IMG/VR virus record: IMGVR_UViG_3300047322_000678
DNA length: 64,000 nucleotides
Source of the DNA: an uncultured virus (IMG/VR IMGVR_UViG_3300047322_000678)
Taxonomy: Duplodnaviria; Heunggongvirae; Uroviricota; Caudoviricetes
Strand: one strand, 5' to 3'
Shown here: one piece after another, positions 38,231 through 48,045 of the stretch
Position numbering within the stretch: the stretch's first letter is position 1
How the letters are laid out: each line of letters begins with the position of its first letter
Program-made: the position numbers and the translations under genes
The notes under the pieces: model-generated
What the model was told of the DNA's origin: nothing
The model's input: only the letters and a program-made list of their open reading frames with translations
Databases searched by the model: none

Positions 38231-38413
38231 TTAAAGCACAATAGCCGGGTAAATCTGTTCCCAGGTGCCACTGGCTTTCATGTAAATGAATCCAAGCTCG
38301 CGGTCGATCACCACGTCTGAGTTGGCTCCGAACTGGTCGTCCAACACAATCTCCGTGGCCATCTCGTCGCCTTTGATATGTATCTCACCGAATGGAAACG
38401 GGCCTGCTACCAT
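38231..38413 (-). CDS. Mini-protein paralog 2 (60 aa)
   Basis: FGANSDVVIDRELGFIYMKASGTW; AGAAAGGA RBS. Confidence 0.65.
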   Translation of the reverse strand: MVAGPFPFGEIHIKGDEMATEIVLDDQFGANSDVVIDRELGFIYMKASGTWEQIYPAIVL

Positions 38414-38431
38414 AATTTTGATCCTTTCTGG

Positions 38432-38587
38432 TTACGGATAGACTTTGGTCCAGGTTCCATCTGCTTTGTGATAGATCGCGCCGGTTCCTTTGTTCACGGC
38501 CACGTCACCGTTCTGGCCAAAGTCCGTTCCTGGCTCTCCGACCACCGCGATTTCTTCTGTGATGATATGCACTTCAGGGACTTCCAT
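38432..38587 (-). CDS. Mini-protein paralog 1 (51 aa)
   Basis: FGQNGDVAVNKGTGAIYHKADGTW; AGAAAGGA RBS; below the track cutoff. Confidence 0.65.
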   Translation of the reverse strand: MEVPEVHIITEEIAVVGEPGTDFGQNGDVAVNKGTGAIYHKADGTWTKVYP

Positions 38588-38822
38588 AGGTTACTGATCC
38601 TTTCTGGGTTAAGGCTGGTTCGGGAGGTGGCGCGGGAGAGAACGCAATAACTCCCGCGCCTGACCCCGACCCGAAACAAACCAATGTGGGGAGGGAAAGT
38701 AAAACTACTTTAGGAATAGGGTTGACAGTTTGGCTATTAAGCGTAAAGTGTCTCCATAGTGCTCCCGCGCTGTTGATGCAGCGGGGAGAGAAACGAATAA
38801 CACCATTGAAGAAAGGTGCCTT

Positions 38823-39788
38823 ATGCAGAAACAGAATAGTGCGTCTCCACAGAATGTCAACCTTCACCCTGATCCAATTCTGGCCGCTCACGGCTTGAGT
38901 CTGGATTTTCCGAAACGGTTTTTTCTTAAGGTCAACAAGACCGATTCTTGTTGGCTTTGGGATGGAGCGGTTCGTGATACAGGATATTCCAAAGTCACTT
39001 GCAATGGCCGGCGCGGGCCGTCCATGTCCGGCCAGAAAGCCGCATGGTTGATGTTCAACGGAGAAATCCCCAAGGACATGGAGCTTATGAATGCTTGTCC
39101 GGAGCATTGCAAGACCTGTGTCAATCCGAACCATTGGAGGCTTGGAAAACACTCGGAAATTAAGCTGCTTCGAGAAATGTCTCATCCCAATGTTTCCCTG
39201 ACCTTCGACCAATGCTCCCGGCTTGAAACCATTCTGAAACAGTCTGGTTTGACCCTGGCTGGGATTGAGGCTTTGCGAACTGCAAGTTACGTCACCCCGG
39301 ACTGGATGATCGATCAAGGGTTCTCGGCCAATTTCGCCAACCGTTGGTACGCCAAGGTCCGACAAACCGATACCTGCTGGATTTGGGACGGGTGCAGAAA
39401 TTCGGATGGGTACGGATTCATCGGAATCAATACCGGCACCGACATAATCAGCGCACACAAGGCGTCTTACATGATGTTTAAGGGGCCGATTCCAGAGAAC
39501 AGGGATGTGCTTCACCACTGCGCCCCGAACAAAGATTGCCCTTCTTGCGTAAACCCGGCGCACTTGTCGGTGGGCACTGCCAGTGAAAATACGGAACAGG
39601 CCGTGAGACAACACTACTCGCTCTTTAAGAAGTTTTGGAATTCCAAACTCACCCGAGAGCAGGTTGACGAAATACGCAAACAGTCTGCTGCCGGTTTGAA
39701 GCGGCGGGAGGTTGCAGGAAAATTTGGTATCACCGCCAGTCATGTTTCAGACATCGTGAATTTCCACGTATGGAAAGACCCTAAGTAA
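38823..39788 (+). CDS. HNH homing endonuclease with duplicated HNH domain
   Basis: Two KV.(K/Q)TD(S/T)CW.WDG...G.IP...CVNP.H units plus a C-terminal HTH (SKLTREQVDEIR); own TTGACA-N16-TAAAGT promoter. Confidence 0.85.
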   Translation: MQKQNSASPQNVNLHPDPILAAHGLSLDFPKRFFLKVNKTDSCWLWDGAVRDTGYSKVTCNGRRGPSMSGQKAAWLMFNGEIPKDMELMNACPEHCKTCVNPNHWRLGKHSEIKLLREMSHPNVSLTFDQCSRLETILKQSGLTLAGIEALRTASYVTPDWMIDQGFSANFANRWYAKVRQTDTCWIWDGCRNSDGYGFIGINTGTDIISAHKASYMMFKGPIPENRDVLHHCAPNKDCPSCVNPAHLSVGTASENTEQAVRQHYSLFKKFWNSKLTREQVDEIRKQSAAGLKRREVAGKFGITASHVSDIVNFHVWKDPK

Positions 39789-39797
39789 TTGACCTTC

Positions 39798-39828
39798 CCC
39801 CGGACTGGATTACGAACCCAGTCCGGGG
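39798..39828. terminator. Hairpin between convergent HNH and capsid genes
   Basis: CCCCGGACTGG-N9-CCAGTCCGGGG. Confidence 0.65.
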
Positions 39829-39852
39829 ACAATAGTTACGACACTTTGCAGA

Positions 39853-41307
39853 TTAGCTACAGGTCACCGTGTCGAACGAGTCAGGGCAACGGCGGAACAG
39901 TATCATCCGACCGAAGATGGGGAACACGGGCTTTAAGGCATGTCGGTATTCCGCGAAGTGTCTTCCTTGCTTGTGGAGCGGATCCGTGATACCCGTGCAG
40001 CCCCCGATCCCGAGCAGGGCGTCATTGCCGGTGACGAATTTCCACTCCCCGAAATAGTTCTGGGGCGTGAGCGTCATACCCGGCATCGAATTGACCGGCA
40101 TCAGCACTTCCTCCGTCATCACGAGCGGATTCAGCACCTCAACAGATTCAAACGAAGCCACGCCAGCACTGGACCCGCCTGTAACGGTAACGTTCGGGTC
40201 ACGCCAGACCCCGTTCACGATCCCAGCTTGACCCTTGGTAACGTCAAAGGCAGCAGTCGAGTTCACGAAGGACGGGATCCGGATCAGAATATCCGTGCCG
40301 TCCGGAGTCGGTGTGTTGGCCGGATTACCTGTGCCGGGAATGACCCCGATAGTGTTGTTGTAGGTAACAGTCACACCCGTATTGGATTTGAGTCCAGTCG
40401 AGGTGTAATTGATGGTCGTCCCGTTCGGAACGAAGATCCATCGTGCCGGGAACCGATTGATTACATGCCGGAAATTCTTCAGGATCCGACTGGCTCCAAG
40501 CCGTTTAATGACCGGGTTCAAGTCGCCCCAACCTTGAAACGATTGATTCAGGTCCGACCGCAGCTCGCTGTTGTTCAGGAACAAGCGATGCGACATCCAG
40601 GTGCCGATATAAAGCGGCCATTGCGGGCCATCTGCGCCTTGACTGATCCAGGCGTCGGTATCGCCTTCATCAGCGCCTTCTTCCATCAGCTCTGTCGCAG
40701 TTACATCCAGCATTTCCTGGGTCAATTCCGATGTGGGCAGGCCCAAAGCGCCAGTGGTGTAATCCGTCATATCCACGATGGACGGGGCCGGCTGTGCCGC
40801 TTGCCATTTGCCGACCACGTACGAGAAGCTGTTACTGGCCGCAGCTTTGTACGAGTATGTCCGGTAAATGTTACCGAGCCGGTTTATGACCGATTTCCGG
40901 TTGCGCTGTTCCAGGCGTTTGAAGTACATGTCCCAGAACTCGGCTGAGCGCCAGTACATGGTGAAATCGTCTTGGCATACCAGCGGTCCCATCAAACCGA
41001 AATTCTCCGGTTTGTACTGGTCCTCGTGCTCACCAACGTAGGTCTGGTTATACGTCAGGTTACACGCCCCGCTGGCGTTGGTTTCGGAATTGATCGGGTT
41101 GATCGCATTCCATGTTTCTTCTTCCGAGCCGGGTTCGGACCTGGCAATCTGGAAACTGGACCGCACGTAACCGGCCCCTTTGGGGTAGTTATCGCGGGGC
41201 ACAATGTTGAGCCAAATATCTTTCCAGCTAGCACGCGAATGCAAAGTCGGGCCCAGGTCCTCAGTCCTGGCGCGGAGCACGTCAAAAAGGCCGGTACAAC
41301 CTGCCAT
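39853..41307 (-). CDS. Major capsid protein (putative)
   Basis: 484 aa; downstream of portal and scaffold; long 5' leader and 3' hairpin; inferred from synteny and size. Confidence 0.65.
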   Translation of the reverse strand: MAGCTGLFDVLRARTEDLGPTLHSRASWKDIWLNIVPRDNYPKGAGYVRSSFQIARSEPGSEEETWNAINPINSETNASGACNLTYNQTYVGEHEDQYKPENFGLMGPLVCQDDFTMYWRSAEFWDMYFKRLEQRNRKSVINRLGNIYRTYSYKAAASNSFSYVVGKWQAAQPAPSIVDMTDYTTGALGLPTSELTQEMLDVTATELMEEGADEGDTDAWISQGADGPQWPLYIGTWMSHRLFLNNSELRSDLNQSFQGWGDLNPVIKRLGASRILKNFRHVINRFPARWIFVPNGTTINYTSTGLKSNTGVTVTYNNTIGVIPGTGNPANTPTPDGTDILIRIPSFVNSTAAFDVTKGQAGIVNGVWRDPNVTVTGGSSAGVASFESVEVLNPLVMTEEVLMPVNSMPGMTLTPQNYFGEWKFVTGNDALLGIGGCTGITDPLHKQGRHFAEYRHALKPVFPIFGRMILFRRCPDSFDTVTCS

Positions 41308-41517
41308 AAAATGTATCTTTCTTCTAAAAAGTTATGCAGTTTTAGCCAAAGCGCACAAGCGCATGGGCATGGACTACGTGTATTTGGTAGCTCCTGTTAG
41401 AAGTCGGGCAGGCACCCGATGCTCCACGTCAACTGGACGAGCGTTTTGAGACGCGAGGACCGTTTTATGTCTCGCTCGGTCCCTGAGCGAATACTACTCC
41501 TTTACCGCACTACCCCG

Positions 41518-42342
41518 TTACTTGTCAACAACAAGTTTCATTCCGTAATTATTTGTCCCTTCCGGGATTGTAATTCCGGGCTTTAATTTGAGCAGATTCC
41601 TCTCAAAAGCGGCATAATTTACCTGATGATGCCAACGATTGAATTTCCACGTCACGGTCGTCACATCTGGATGTTGTTCGGCTAAAGCCTTGGACTTTTC
41701 CAAGGTGCCGTTAGCGTACAGATCGTCCGTGTTCCCGCCGCTCATCCTCTGAGTCATGGTCTTTTCAGCCAAGAAAGCATTGAAAAGGACTGTGCAAAAT
41801 CCGTCTTTTAAGAGCCGAATCGAAAGATCGGTGTCCTCATTGTACTTTCCTCGCCAACGATGCGGGATTGTATTTGAAAGGAGAATACAGGAATAGATCC
41901 GAGTATTGAGCGTGAACGGTGGAATGACGAATCGGGCCTTCACAAAGCCCAAGTAATTCAATCCAGCCATCGGCACGTTTTCGTATCGTTCAACAAAATC
42001 CTCCGCACATTTGAAGATCGTGCCGTCCCCGACATAAATCTTCTTGTTCCGATTGAATCGGTAAAAGGCCAGTATGTTGTCGTCCAAAATCCAGTGCCGT
42101 TTATGGCCCTCTGAAATCGAATGGTCCCAAATCCAGTTCCGGGCTGGAATGGAGCCAAGTCCTAAGTTTGAGAAGGGGAGAACGAGCAATTTGCTTCGGT
42201 CAATGACTCTGGCGTAATCATCGAATTCTTGAGGTTCGACAACGACCCAATACTGAACCCCCATCTTGTCTAAGGCTCGCGTCGTAATCGAACGTTCAGC
42301 GCGGCCTTTAGACGGAATGTAAATCGGAAACTCAGGATTCAC
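41518..42342 (-). CDS. TET-associated/GREB1-like GT-A glycosyltransferase
   Basis: IYIPSKGRA, ARNWIWDH, HWILDDNI, RIYSCIL, WRGKYNEDTDLS, MSGGNT. Confidence 0.8.
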   Translation of the reverse strand: MNPEFPIYIPSKGRAERSITTRALDKMGVQYWVVVEPQEFDDYARVIDRSKLLVLPFSNLGLGSIPARNWIWDHSISEGHKRHWILDDNILAFYRFNRNKKIYVGDGTIFKCAEDFVERYENVPMAGLNYLGFVKARFVIPPFTLNTRIYSCILLSNTIPHRWRGKYNEDTDLSIRLLKDGFCTVLFNAFLAEKTMTQRMSGGNTDDLYANGTLEKSKALAEQHPDVTTVTWKFNRWHHQVNYAAFERNLLKLKPGITIPEGTNNYGMKLVVDK

Positions 42343-42586
42343 TGACGTATCTCTTGTTCTTTATAACTTCAGGAACTTTCAACGGAAACCACATCGTATC
42401 CGTTTCATCGGTTAATTTTTGACCAACCAGTTTCGCAAATGCCTGAACATCTTCCCTGCACTCAAAATTGATGGTTATCTGCTGAAACGGCCTCAGATCC
42501 TTTTGAACATATTCAGGCATCCCCTGCCATTCCTTTTTCCAGTCTGGGTCAATATCAAATAACGTAGCCTGTTGTTTTGGTTTCAT
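42332..42586 (-). CDS. Small partner protein of the TAGT-like glycosyltransferase
   Basis: EWQGMPEY...FAKLVGQKLT...WFP; overlaps the GT start. Confidence 0.6.
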   Translation of the reverse strand: MKPKQQATLFDIDPDWKKEWQGMPEYVQKDLRPFQQITINFECREDVQAFAKLVGQKLTDETDTMWFPLKVPEVIKNKRYVSES

Positions 42587-43143
42587 TAAGAACTCCTTGG
42601 ACGGCGGCGACCGGGTTCTGTTTGCTCGGCTGATGTTGACCATTGCACGTTCATTTTCCAACCTTCTCGAATGCAGTGATCACATTTACCGCAAGAGTAA
42701 TGCCCGTCATTATCAATTCGGTCGATGCTTTTTCCTTCTGGTCGAGAAATCATGTCAGCCGCAAAGTTTTTGAAAACACGCCACCAATCGCAAATAGTAA
42801 TCCCTCGGCCTCCCCAATCTTTGTAACGTTCGTTATTTGGATTAAAACAACGCGAATTCATTCCAGACCAAGTAATGAACAGCGGTGATCTTTTTCGACC
42901 AGCCGTGTGCCCGTGGACCGTGTTTAGCTTTTTAGCCACTTCGACACAGTAACATCCGCATGAAGTTGAGTTTCCGTTCTTGAGAGCAAGTCCGTAAATG
43001 ACTTTTTCGGTCCCGCAATCGCATCGGCACAGCCAGAGCGAATTGTGATCTTTATCGCTTCCAGTCCTTGCGATAACAGTCCATCGCCCGAATCTTCGTC
43101 CAGTTAGATCTTCTTTCACGCCTCTCATAGTTTTATGAATCAA
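42586..43143 (-). CDS. HNH-type homing endonuclease (paralog of 7693..8424)
   Basis: DLTGRRFGR, WLCRCDCG, WGGRGI, SIDRIDNDGHYSCG. Confidence 0.8.
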   Translation of the reverse strand: MIHKTMRGVKEDLTGRRFGRWTVIARTGSDKDHNSLWLCRCDCGTEKVIYGLALKNGNSTSCGCYCVEVAKKLNTVHGHTAGRKRSPLFITWSGMNSRCFNPNNERYKDWGGRGITICDWWRVFKNFAADMISRPEGKSIDRIDNDGHYSCGKCDHCIREGWKMNVQWSTSAEQTEPGRRRPRSS

Positions 43144-43786
43144 AACGCCCCGACCTGCCGGTAAGGTTCGCTGGCGGGAAAGGGTCCAGCGGACGGCTGA
43201 TCAGGGCGTTGAATTGTTGTTGTGCCGTGCATGTTGAACCTTACTTCAACTGCTCCAAATTTATCTCATTTCAGTTTCCGTTTCAACTTCTTTTTGAATC
43301 AATCATGCCTGCTCCCCTCCCTCTCCCGTTGCAGGCCCAGAATCTCCCTTAGCGCCTGCACATCGCTATTAGCCTTAGCCAGTTCGAGCCGGAGCCGTTG
43401 ATTTTCATGTTCCAGATGCAGAACATGAGTGCGAGCCTGATCGAGCTTATGGGATTCGGGTTCGACCAGATCCCGATGCCACCAGGGTTGGGAGAGGGAA
43501 TCGGTCATTCTCTCCACTCCCCGTTCTGGCACCCGCAATTGCACGGTCCCAGTCTGTGTTCATGGCCACAATCTGGACATGGCGGACAAGGCGGTATCTT
43601 TTTGCATCGGAGCTTGAACATAAACAGTTCGAGCCTGAACTTTTGAAATGAGATCCAGTCGGTGATGGTTCTGGCGGTCATCTCACCCAATCCCGAATTG
43701 CTTCCAGAGCGAAACAGAATATAGCCGCTGCGATAAGAGCCAGAGCCAGCCCGACCAGAATCTTATCGATCCAGTGATCCACGGCT

Positions 43787-45145
43787 TCATTCCTGTGTCA
43801 TCGCATGAGCGGCATCAGCCCAGCTCTTGCTAATCTGCCACGGCTTCATCCCGGCCTTGACCTTGATCTTGTCCGAGGTCTGTTCCTTTGGCGCACCAGA
43901 CCCGCCACTGGGCTGTGCCTTAGACAGTTCCGCGATCTGCGCCTCGAACTTGGCCTTTTCCTGTTTCCAAGATTCAAATGCGGCATCGTGCATCTGGACC
44001 ACAGCCGGGAGCGCCACCGCCCAGTGCGCGGCCTGAACAATCTGGTCCGGAGACAGGTTCTGGCCTGAGAGCAAGCCCTTGGCGGCATCGATCCGTTTCT
44101 GGACCCCTTCATTCCATGCTTCGTCTCCGTCCCTGGTCTGGAACGGTAAAAAGCCTTTAACCGGATCCGTAAGCGCCTTGACCGTGTTCAGATACGCCGT
44201 CTCTCGCGCTTTGGTTTCCTGTTCCGATTTGGTTTTGGCCGCAGCCTGTTCCTGGGCAGATAAAGTCGCGTTATGAGCTTCAACCCGGTCGATCTCTTTC
44301 TTCCGGTCGATATTGACCTTGCGAATGTCCCGGACGATGCCGCGAATATCAGTCTTGATCCCTTCGTCATCAACGTCCAACAGGAACTCCTCGATCTTAG
44401 ACCTTCGGAATTCGTTATCATCCATTTTCAGAATCTCCTCGATACGCGCTGCTTGCCCCGCCTCACCGATAATGGTCTTAGCTTCGGAAATGGCATCATC
44501 GATCTGTGCCTGATAATGCGCCTTGAACTTGGGATGCTCGGTGACGCGCAGGCGCATGATGGATTCGGTTAGCTGCTTGTTCTCGGATTCGAGCCGTTCA
44601 AGTTGTGCTTTGGTCAACGGATCAGGCTCAGTCCCGGCGCTGGCCTTGGATTCCAGCTCAGTCACTTTCGTCTCGAATTCCTTGATCTTGGCCTCACGCG
44701 CCTGAATCTCCTGTTTCAGCTTGGTTTCGGCTGTGCGCCGGCCTTCTTTCCACTTGTCCCATTCTTTAGCGCCTTTGGGTGCCGGAGCGGTTTCCCAATC
44801 GGCCTTGGCTTCCTCTTTCTTGGCCTCTGGCGCGGCTTCTGCGGCGGGTTTGGCCTCGGCAACAGGCTTTCCACCCGGATCATCCCCTGATGCTCCCTGA
44901 GCCGTATCTGGCCCTTTAGCAGCGGCATCATCCCCCACAACAGGCTTAGTTGCGGGTGCCACGTCAGCGGATCGTTCTGCGGGAGTAGTCTTGCCACTGG
45001 GTTCCTTGGGTTTAGGTTCAGGATCGGCCATGAGCTTGTCCACTCCGGCCATCCAGTTCTTCATCAGGTCACGAGGTCGGCCCGAGGGCAGACCGTCCGG
45101 GGTGGATTCTTGCTTTTCAGGTGCTTCAATAACGGCTTCGGGCAT
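43787..45145 (-). CDS. Capsid scaffolding protein (putative)
   Basis: 452 aa, charged, with a disordered N-terminus and coiled coils; lies between portal and capsid. Confidence 0.6.
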   Translation of the reverse strand: MPEAVIEAPEKQESTPDGLPSGRPRDLMKNWMAGVDKLMADPEPKPKEPSGKTTPAERSADVAPATKPVVGDDAAAKGPDTAQGASGDDPGGKPVAEAKPAAEAAPEAKKEEAKADWETAPAPKGAKEWDKWKEGRRTAETKLKQEIQAREAKIKEFETKVTELESKASAGTEPDPLTKAQLERLESENKQLTESIMRLRVTEHPKFKAHYQAQIDDAISEAKTIIGEAGQAARIEEILKMDDNEFRRSKIEEFLLDVDDEGIKTDIRGIVRDIRKVNIDRKKEIDRVEAHNATLSAQEQAAAKTKSEQETKARETAYLNTVKALTDPVKGFLPFQTRDGDEAWNEGVQKRIDAAKGLLSGQNLSPDQIVQAAHWAVALPAVVQMHDAAFESWKQEKAKFEAQIAELSKAQPSGGSGAPKEQTSDKIKVKAGMKPWQISKSWADAAHAMTQE

Positions 45146-45150
45146 AGGTT

Positions 45151-45510
45151 TTATGATTCTTGGAGTTCCATGTTGTCAGGGTCAAATGTTGACGGGACTT
45201 CTTCCCGAGGCTGGTCGAATATGGCCAGAGCCTCGAAATCGTTCAAAGCCAGTCCGTACCCTTCACATTTCGCGGCGTGAATGGCGCGGGCCTCGATGGA
45301 AGTGTTCGGGGCTAAGGCCCAGTTCCCGAGATGGGTCGTTCGGAGAATGTCCAGAAGCTGTCTCACGGTCGGATTGGCAATGGCCAGTTGCGCGGCCCGG
45401 CAACATTCCTCGCTTTTGCGCCAATCCTGCATGGACACTCGGAAAACGTCTCGTTGCAGGATTTGCAACCGGACCTGGGGCTTCGGTTTGCGTTTGAAAA
45501 TATTTAGCAT
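45151..45510 (-). CDS. Hypothetical protein (head module)
   Basis: Directly precedes the scaffold; EGY..AL motif. Confidence 0.55.
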   Translation of the reverse strand: MLNIFKRKPKPQVRLQILQRDVFRVSMQDWRKSEECCRAAQLAIANPTVRQLLDILRTTHLGNWALAPNTSIEARAIHAAKCEGYGLALNDFEALAIFDQPREEVPSTFDPDNMELQES

Positions 45511-45851
45511 TTCACTGTGTCGTTAGTCACAAAAGCCATATCACATGCAAACACAATGCGATTATATCGAACCCGGATCTCCGACCAAAATCCTGATTCT
45601 GGACAGCCGAGAGATTTCCATAGGTTTAATATGGCTTCCCAGTGCTGGCGGTCGCGGTCAGTTTTTGCCAGATTCTTCAACTCCCGCGCTCCGACTTCTG
45701 GGCACCGAATCAAGTCCAGCACTTGCGGCAGAGACAGGGACACATCGCGTAAAACTGGCCAATTTTTGATTGTGTCCGGTCCACGAAGCTCGGCGCCCAC
45801 GCTTGAGGCAATGCCGGGTTCGGGTTTCTGCTTATCGGTTTGCGTGTTCAT
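45504..45851 (-). CDS. Hypothetical protein
   Basis: ORF in the coupled chain. Confidence 0.45.
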   Translation of the reverse strand: MNTQTDKQKPEPGIASSVGAELRGPDTIKNWPVLRDVSLSLPQVLDLIRCPEVGARELKNLAKTDRDRQHWEAILNLWKSLGCPESGFWSEIRVRYNRIVFACDMAFVTNDTVKC

Positions 45852-45869
45852 AGCGTTTTCCTTACTAAG

Positions 45870-46259
45870 TTAAGGCTCCTTTTCGGGTTCTGGCAAGGGA
45901 AAGTCTCGTGTCAATACCTCCAACTTCCCGTCATTGGACCGGATAGCGAATTCGGAAATGGGTTGTCCGTCCCGACTCAAAACGGTTCGGCTCAGGCTCG
46001 GTGGCAACTTTCCGTCTCCGTTCGGCATGGATTCGGCCTGTGGCTGATACTCGTTAATCGTGACCTTCTCCTTTTCGATCCAGCGCATGAGTTTCTTCCT
46101 CGAACTCGCCTTTTCCTTGGCCTGTTCCGCGAGCACGTACAGGTCCGGGGGCAGGAGCCGTTTCATTTGCGTGTCCAACCATGACTGTTTGGCATCCATA
46201 ATGGCCTTAGCTCTCATAGCCATTGCAGATTCCATTGCGGCGGCGGTGCGGTTAGTCAT
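45870..46259 (-). CDS. Hypothetical protein
   Basis: ORF in the coupled chain. Confidence 0.5.
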   Translation of the reverse strand: MTNRTAAAMESAMAMRAKAIMDAKQSWLDTQMKRLLPPDLYVLAEQAKEKASSRKKLMRWIEKEKVTINEYQPQAESMPNGDGKLPPSLSRTVLSRDGQPISEFAIRSNDGKLEVLTRDFPLPEPEKEP

Positions 46260-46458
46260 GGTCGGTTATTGTAAATCCGAATCAGCACAGCTTTCAAAAC
46301 AGACTTTACCTGATCAGATTCTATCTTTGCGTTTCCATCCCGTTTCGCTTGCTGATAAAAAGTATCTGCCAGCGCCAAATCCTCATCGAGCCATTTCTGA
46401 ACAATGGCATCCCGCGCAGCGCGGAGTCCGACAACACTGTGACTGTAATGGCCTCGGC

Positions 46459-46731
46459 TCATGTCTTTTGAAAGGTTACAGTCATCGGCGGAACCTGAGT
46501 CGATATGTGCTTGAACTCGCCGCACCATTGGGTCTGTCCCGTCACAGGCCAGTAATTTTCAGCGTTAGAATCTACTGGTTCAATTTCGATTCTGTCCCCG
46601 TCTGCGGCCCTTGAACCACCACCGCCTCCTGTGAGGAAAGTTATTACTTGCGGCGGATTACGATGACAAGTCCCGGATTTGTCATTTTCACGAATCCAAT
46701 AAGCACACAATTGGCATTGTTTCATATTCAA
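46459..46731 (-). CDS. Cys-motif hypothetical protein
   Basis: CQLCAYW...GTCHRNPP...WP...WCGEF. Confidence 0.6.
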   Translation of the reverse strand: MNMKQCQLCAYWIRENDKSGTCHRNPPQVITFLTGGGGGSRAADGDRIEIEPVDSNAENYWPVTGQTQWCGEFKHISTQVPPMTVTFQKT

Positions 46732-47306
46732 TTCCTCACCAGCATCATAATTTTTATATCCTGTTCGTTCGTGCTCACTTTATAACAATCCCACTCGACC
46801 GGCACCAGTCCGAACGGTTTCTGGAACAGGTTCAGTGGCCGATACCCGCCCGTCTCGATCTGGCCATTGACCGGCTCTGGCCCGTTAATGACCGAGTTCG
46901 TGATCAGCGCCAGCGGGAATTCCCTGAACTTGAACAGTCCTTCCAGAATATGTTGCTCAGACCAATGCTGGAGCACGTCCTTGCACAGAACCAGATCAGC
47001 TTTGAGAAAGAGCATGTCCAGAAAATCGCCTTGAAAGAAGCGTCGGTGCGGGTTCGAGAAGGGTTGGTTCAAAGAATAGCATTGAGCCGATACATCCACG
47101 CCGGTATAATCCACATCGCCCCAGTCCATGTCTGAATACGGCCCGAAATGGCCGCAGCCACAGTCCACCACGGATTTGATGTTGTGCTGGTTTATGATTC
47201 GGGTCAGGAACGATTTGTACGGGCCAAGACCGTCTGCGTGCGAGCCAGGACCGGAACCGTCGCCCCAGGCGCGGCTGTCATATATGGAATTGAACACTTC
47301 GATCAT
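46728..47306 (-). CDS. Class I SAM-dependent methyltransferase
   Basis: GSGPGS, VVDCGCG, YTGVDVS, DLVLCKDVLQHW. Confidence 0.85.
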   Translation of the reverse strand: MIEVFNSIYDSRAWGDGSGPGSHADGLGPYKSFLTRIINQHNIKSVVDCGCGHFGPYSDMDWGDVDYTGVDVSAQCYSLNQPFSNPHRRFFQGDFLDMLFLKADLVLCKDVLQHWSEQHILEGLFKFREFPLALITNSVINGPEPVNGQIETGGYRPLNLFQKPFGLVPVEWDCYKVSTNEQDIKIMMLVRN

Positions 47307-48043
47307 ACCGCCTCCGCCACAAAACAGACCCGATTCGCCCGTTCCATTTCGATCTCGATCCATGTCTCAGGCTGGATCCTGAATCCGGTCAGGGTCAGCA
47401 TTTGTTCCAGACATTTCCGGTTCGGGATCCAGAACGTGGTCGAGTCCCAGTAAATGGATTTGTCGAAGTTAAAGCGCATAACCGGAACATCATTGTCACG
47501 TTTCCAAAGAGCGGTTTCGATCAGGAGCAGGCCGTCTTTAGTCAGGCACTGGCGGAGGTTCCGAAAGGCCAGTAATGGGTTCTCGACGTGATAAAGGATT
47601 CCGAAGCATTGGATTATATCCATTTCGATATATGCTGGACTAGTTGTTGGAGTTGTTAGAACAAATTCAAATAAATGCTCCACGTCCCCGCCCGGTTGAT
47701 AATCGACTTTGGACCCTAACAGTTCCCGAGCCGCACAGAACCTGCGCGTGACTAGTTGAGCATGTTTCTCATGCGGTTCATCACATTGATAAATGTCTGT
47801 GGCAATAACCCTGCCAGCATGTCTCCGTTCCGCCTCAAACGCCCATGCCCCATCCATCGTGCCCAGATCCAGCACGGTCTTGCCCTGATAGTTCACGAAC
47901 TTCATCAGGCGCTTAATCGCGGCCCATTGCGGGCGACATTGCGGGACCATGCAGGATTTGGTCACGTAACCGGGGGTCAGCTCCAGTTCGTGATACCACG
48001 GGCCGAGGGCGTCGGCGCGGGAGATGATTTCAGAGGGGGTCAT
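47303..48043 (-). CDS. Class I SAM-dependent methyltransferase (CmoB-like)
   Basis: GKTVLDLGTMDG, FGILYHVENP, LLIET, FWIPN. Confidence 0.85.
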   Translation of the reverse strand: MTPSEIISRADALGPWYHELELTPGYVTKSCMVPQCRPQWAAIKRLMKFVNYQGKTVLDLGTMDGAWAFEAERRHAGRVIATDIYQCDEPHEKHAQLVTRRFCAARELLGSKVDYQPGGDVEHLFEFVLTTPTTSPAYIEMDIIQCFGILYHVENPLLAFRNLRQCLTKDGLLLIETALWKRDNDVPVMRFNFDKSIYWDSTTFWIPNRKCLEQMLTLTGFRIQPETWIEIEMERANRVCFVAEAV

Positions 48044-48045
48044 AA

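Noticed and set aside
38574..39743. 389 aa minus-strand ORF
   Set aside because: Antisense shadow of the motif-rich HNH gene; no recognisable features.
39940..40947. 335 aa plus-strand ORF
   Set aside because: Antisense shadow of the capsid gene, explained by codon bias.
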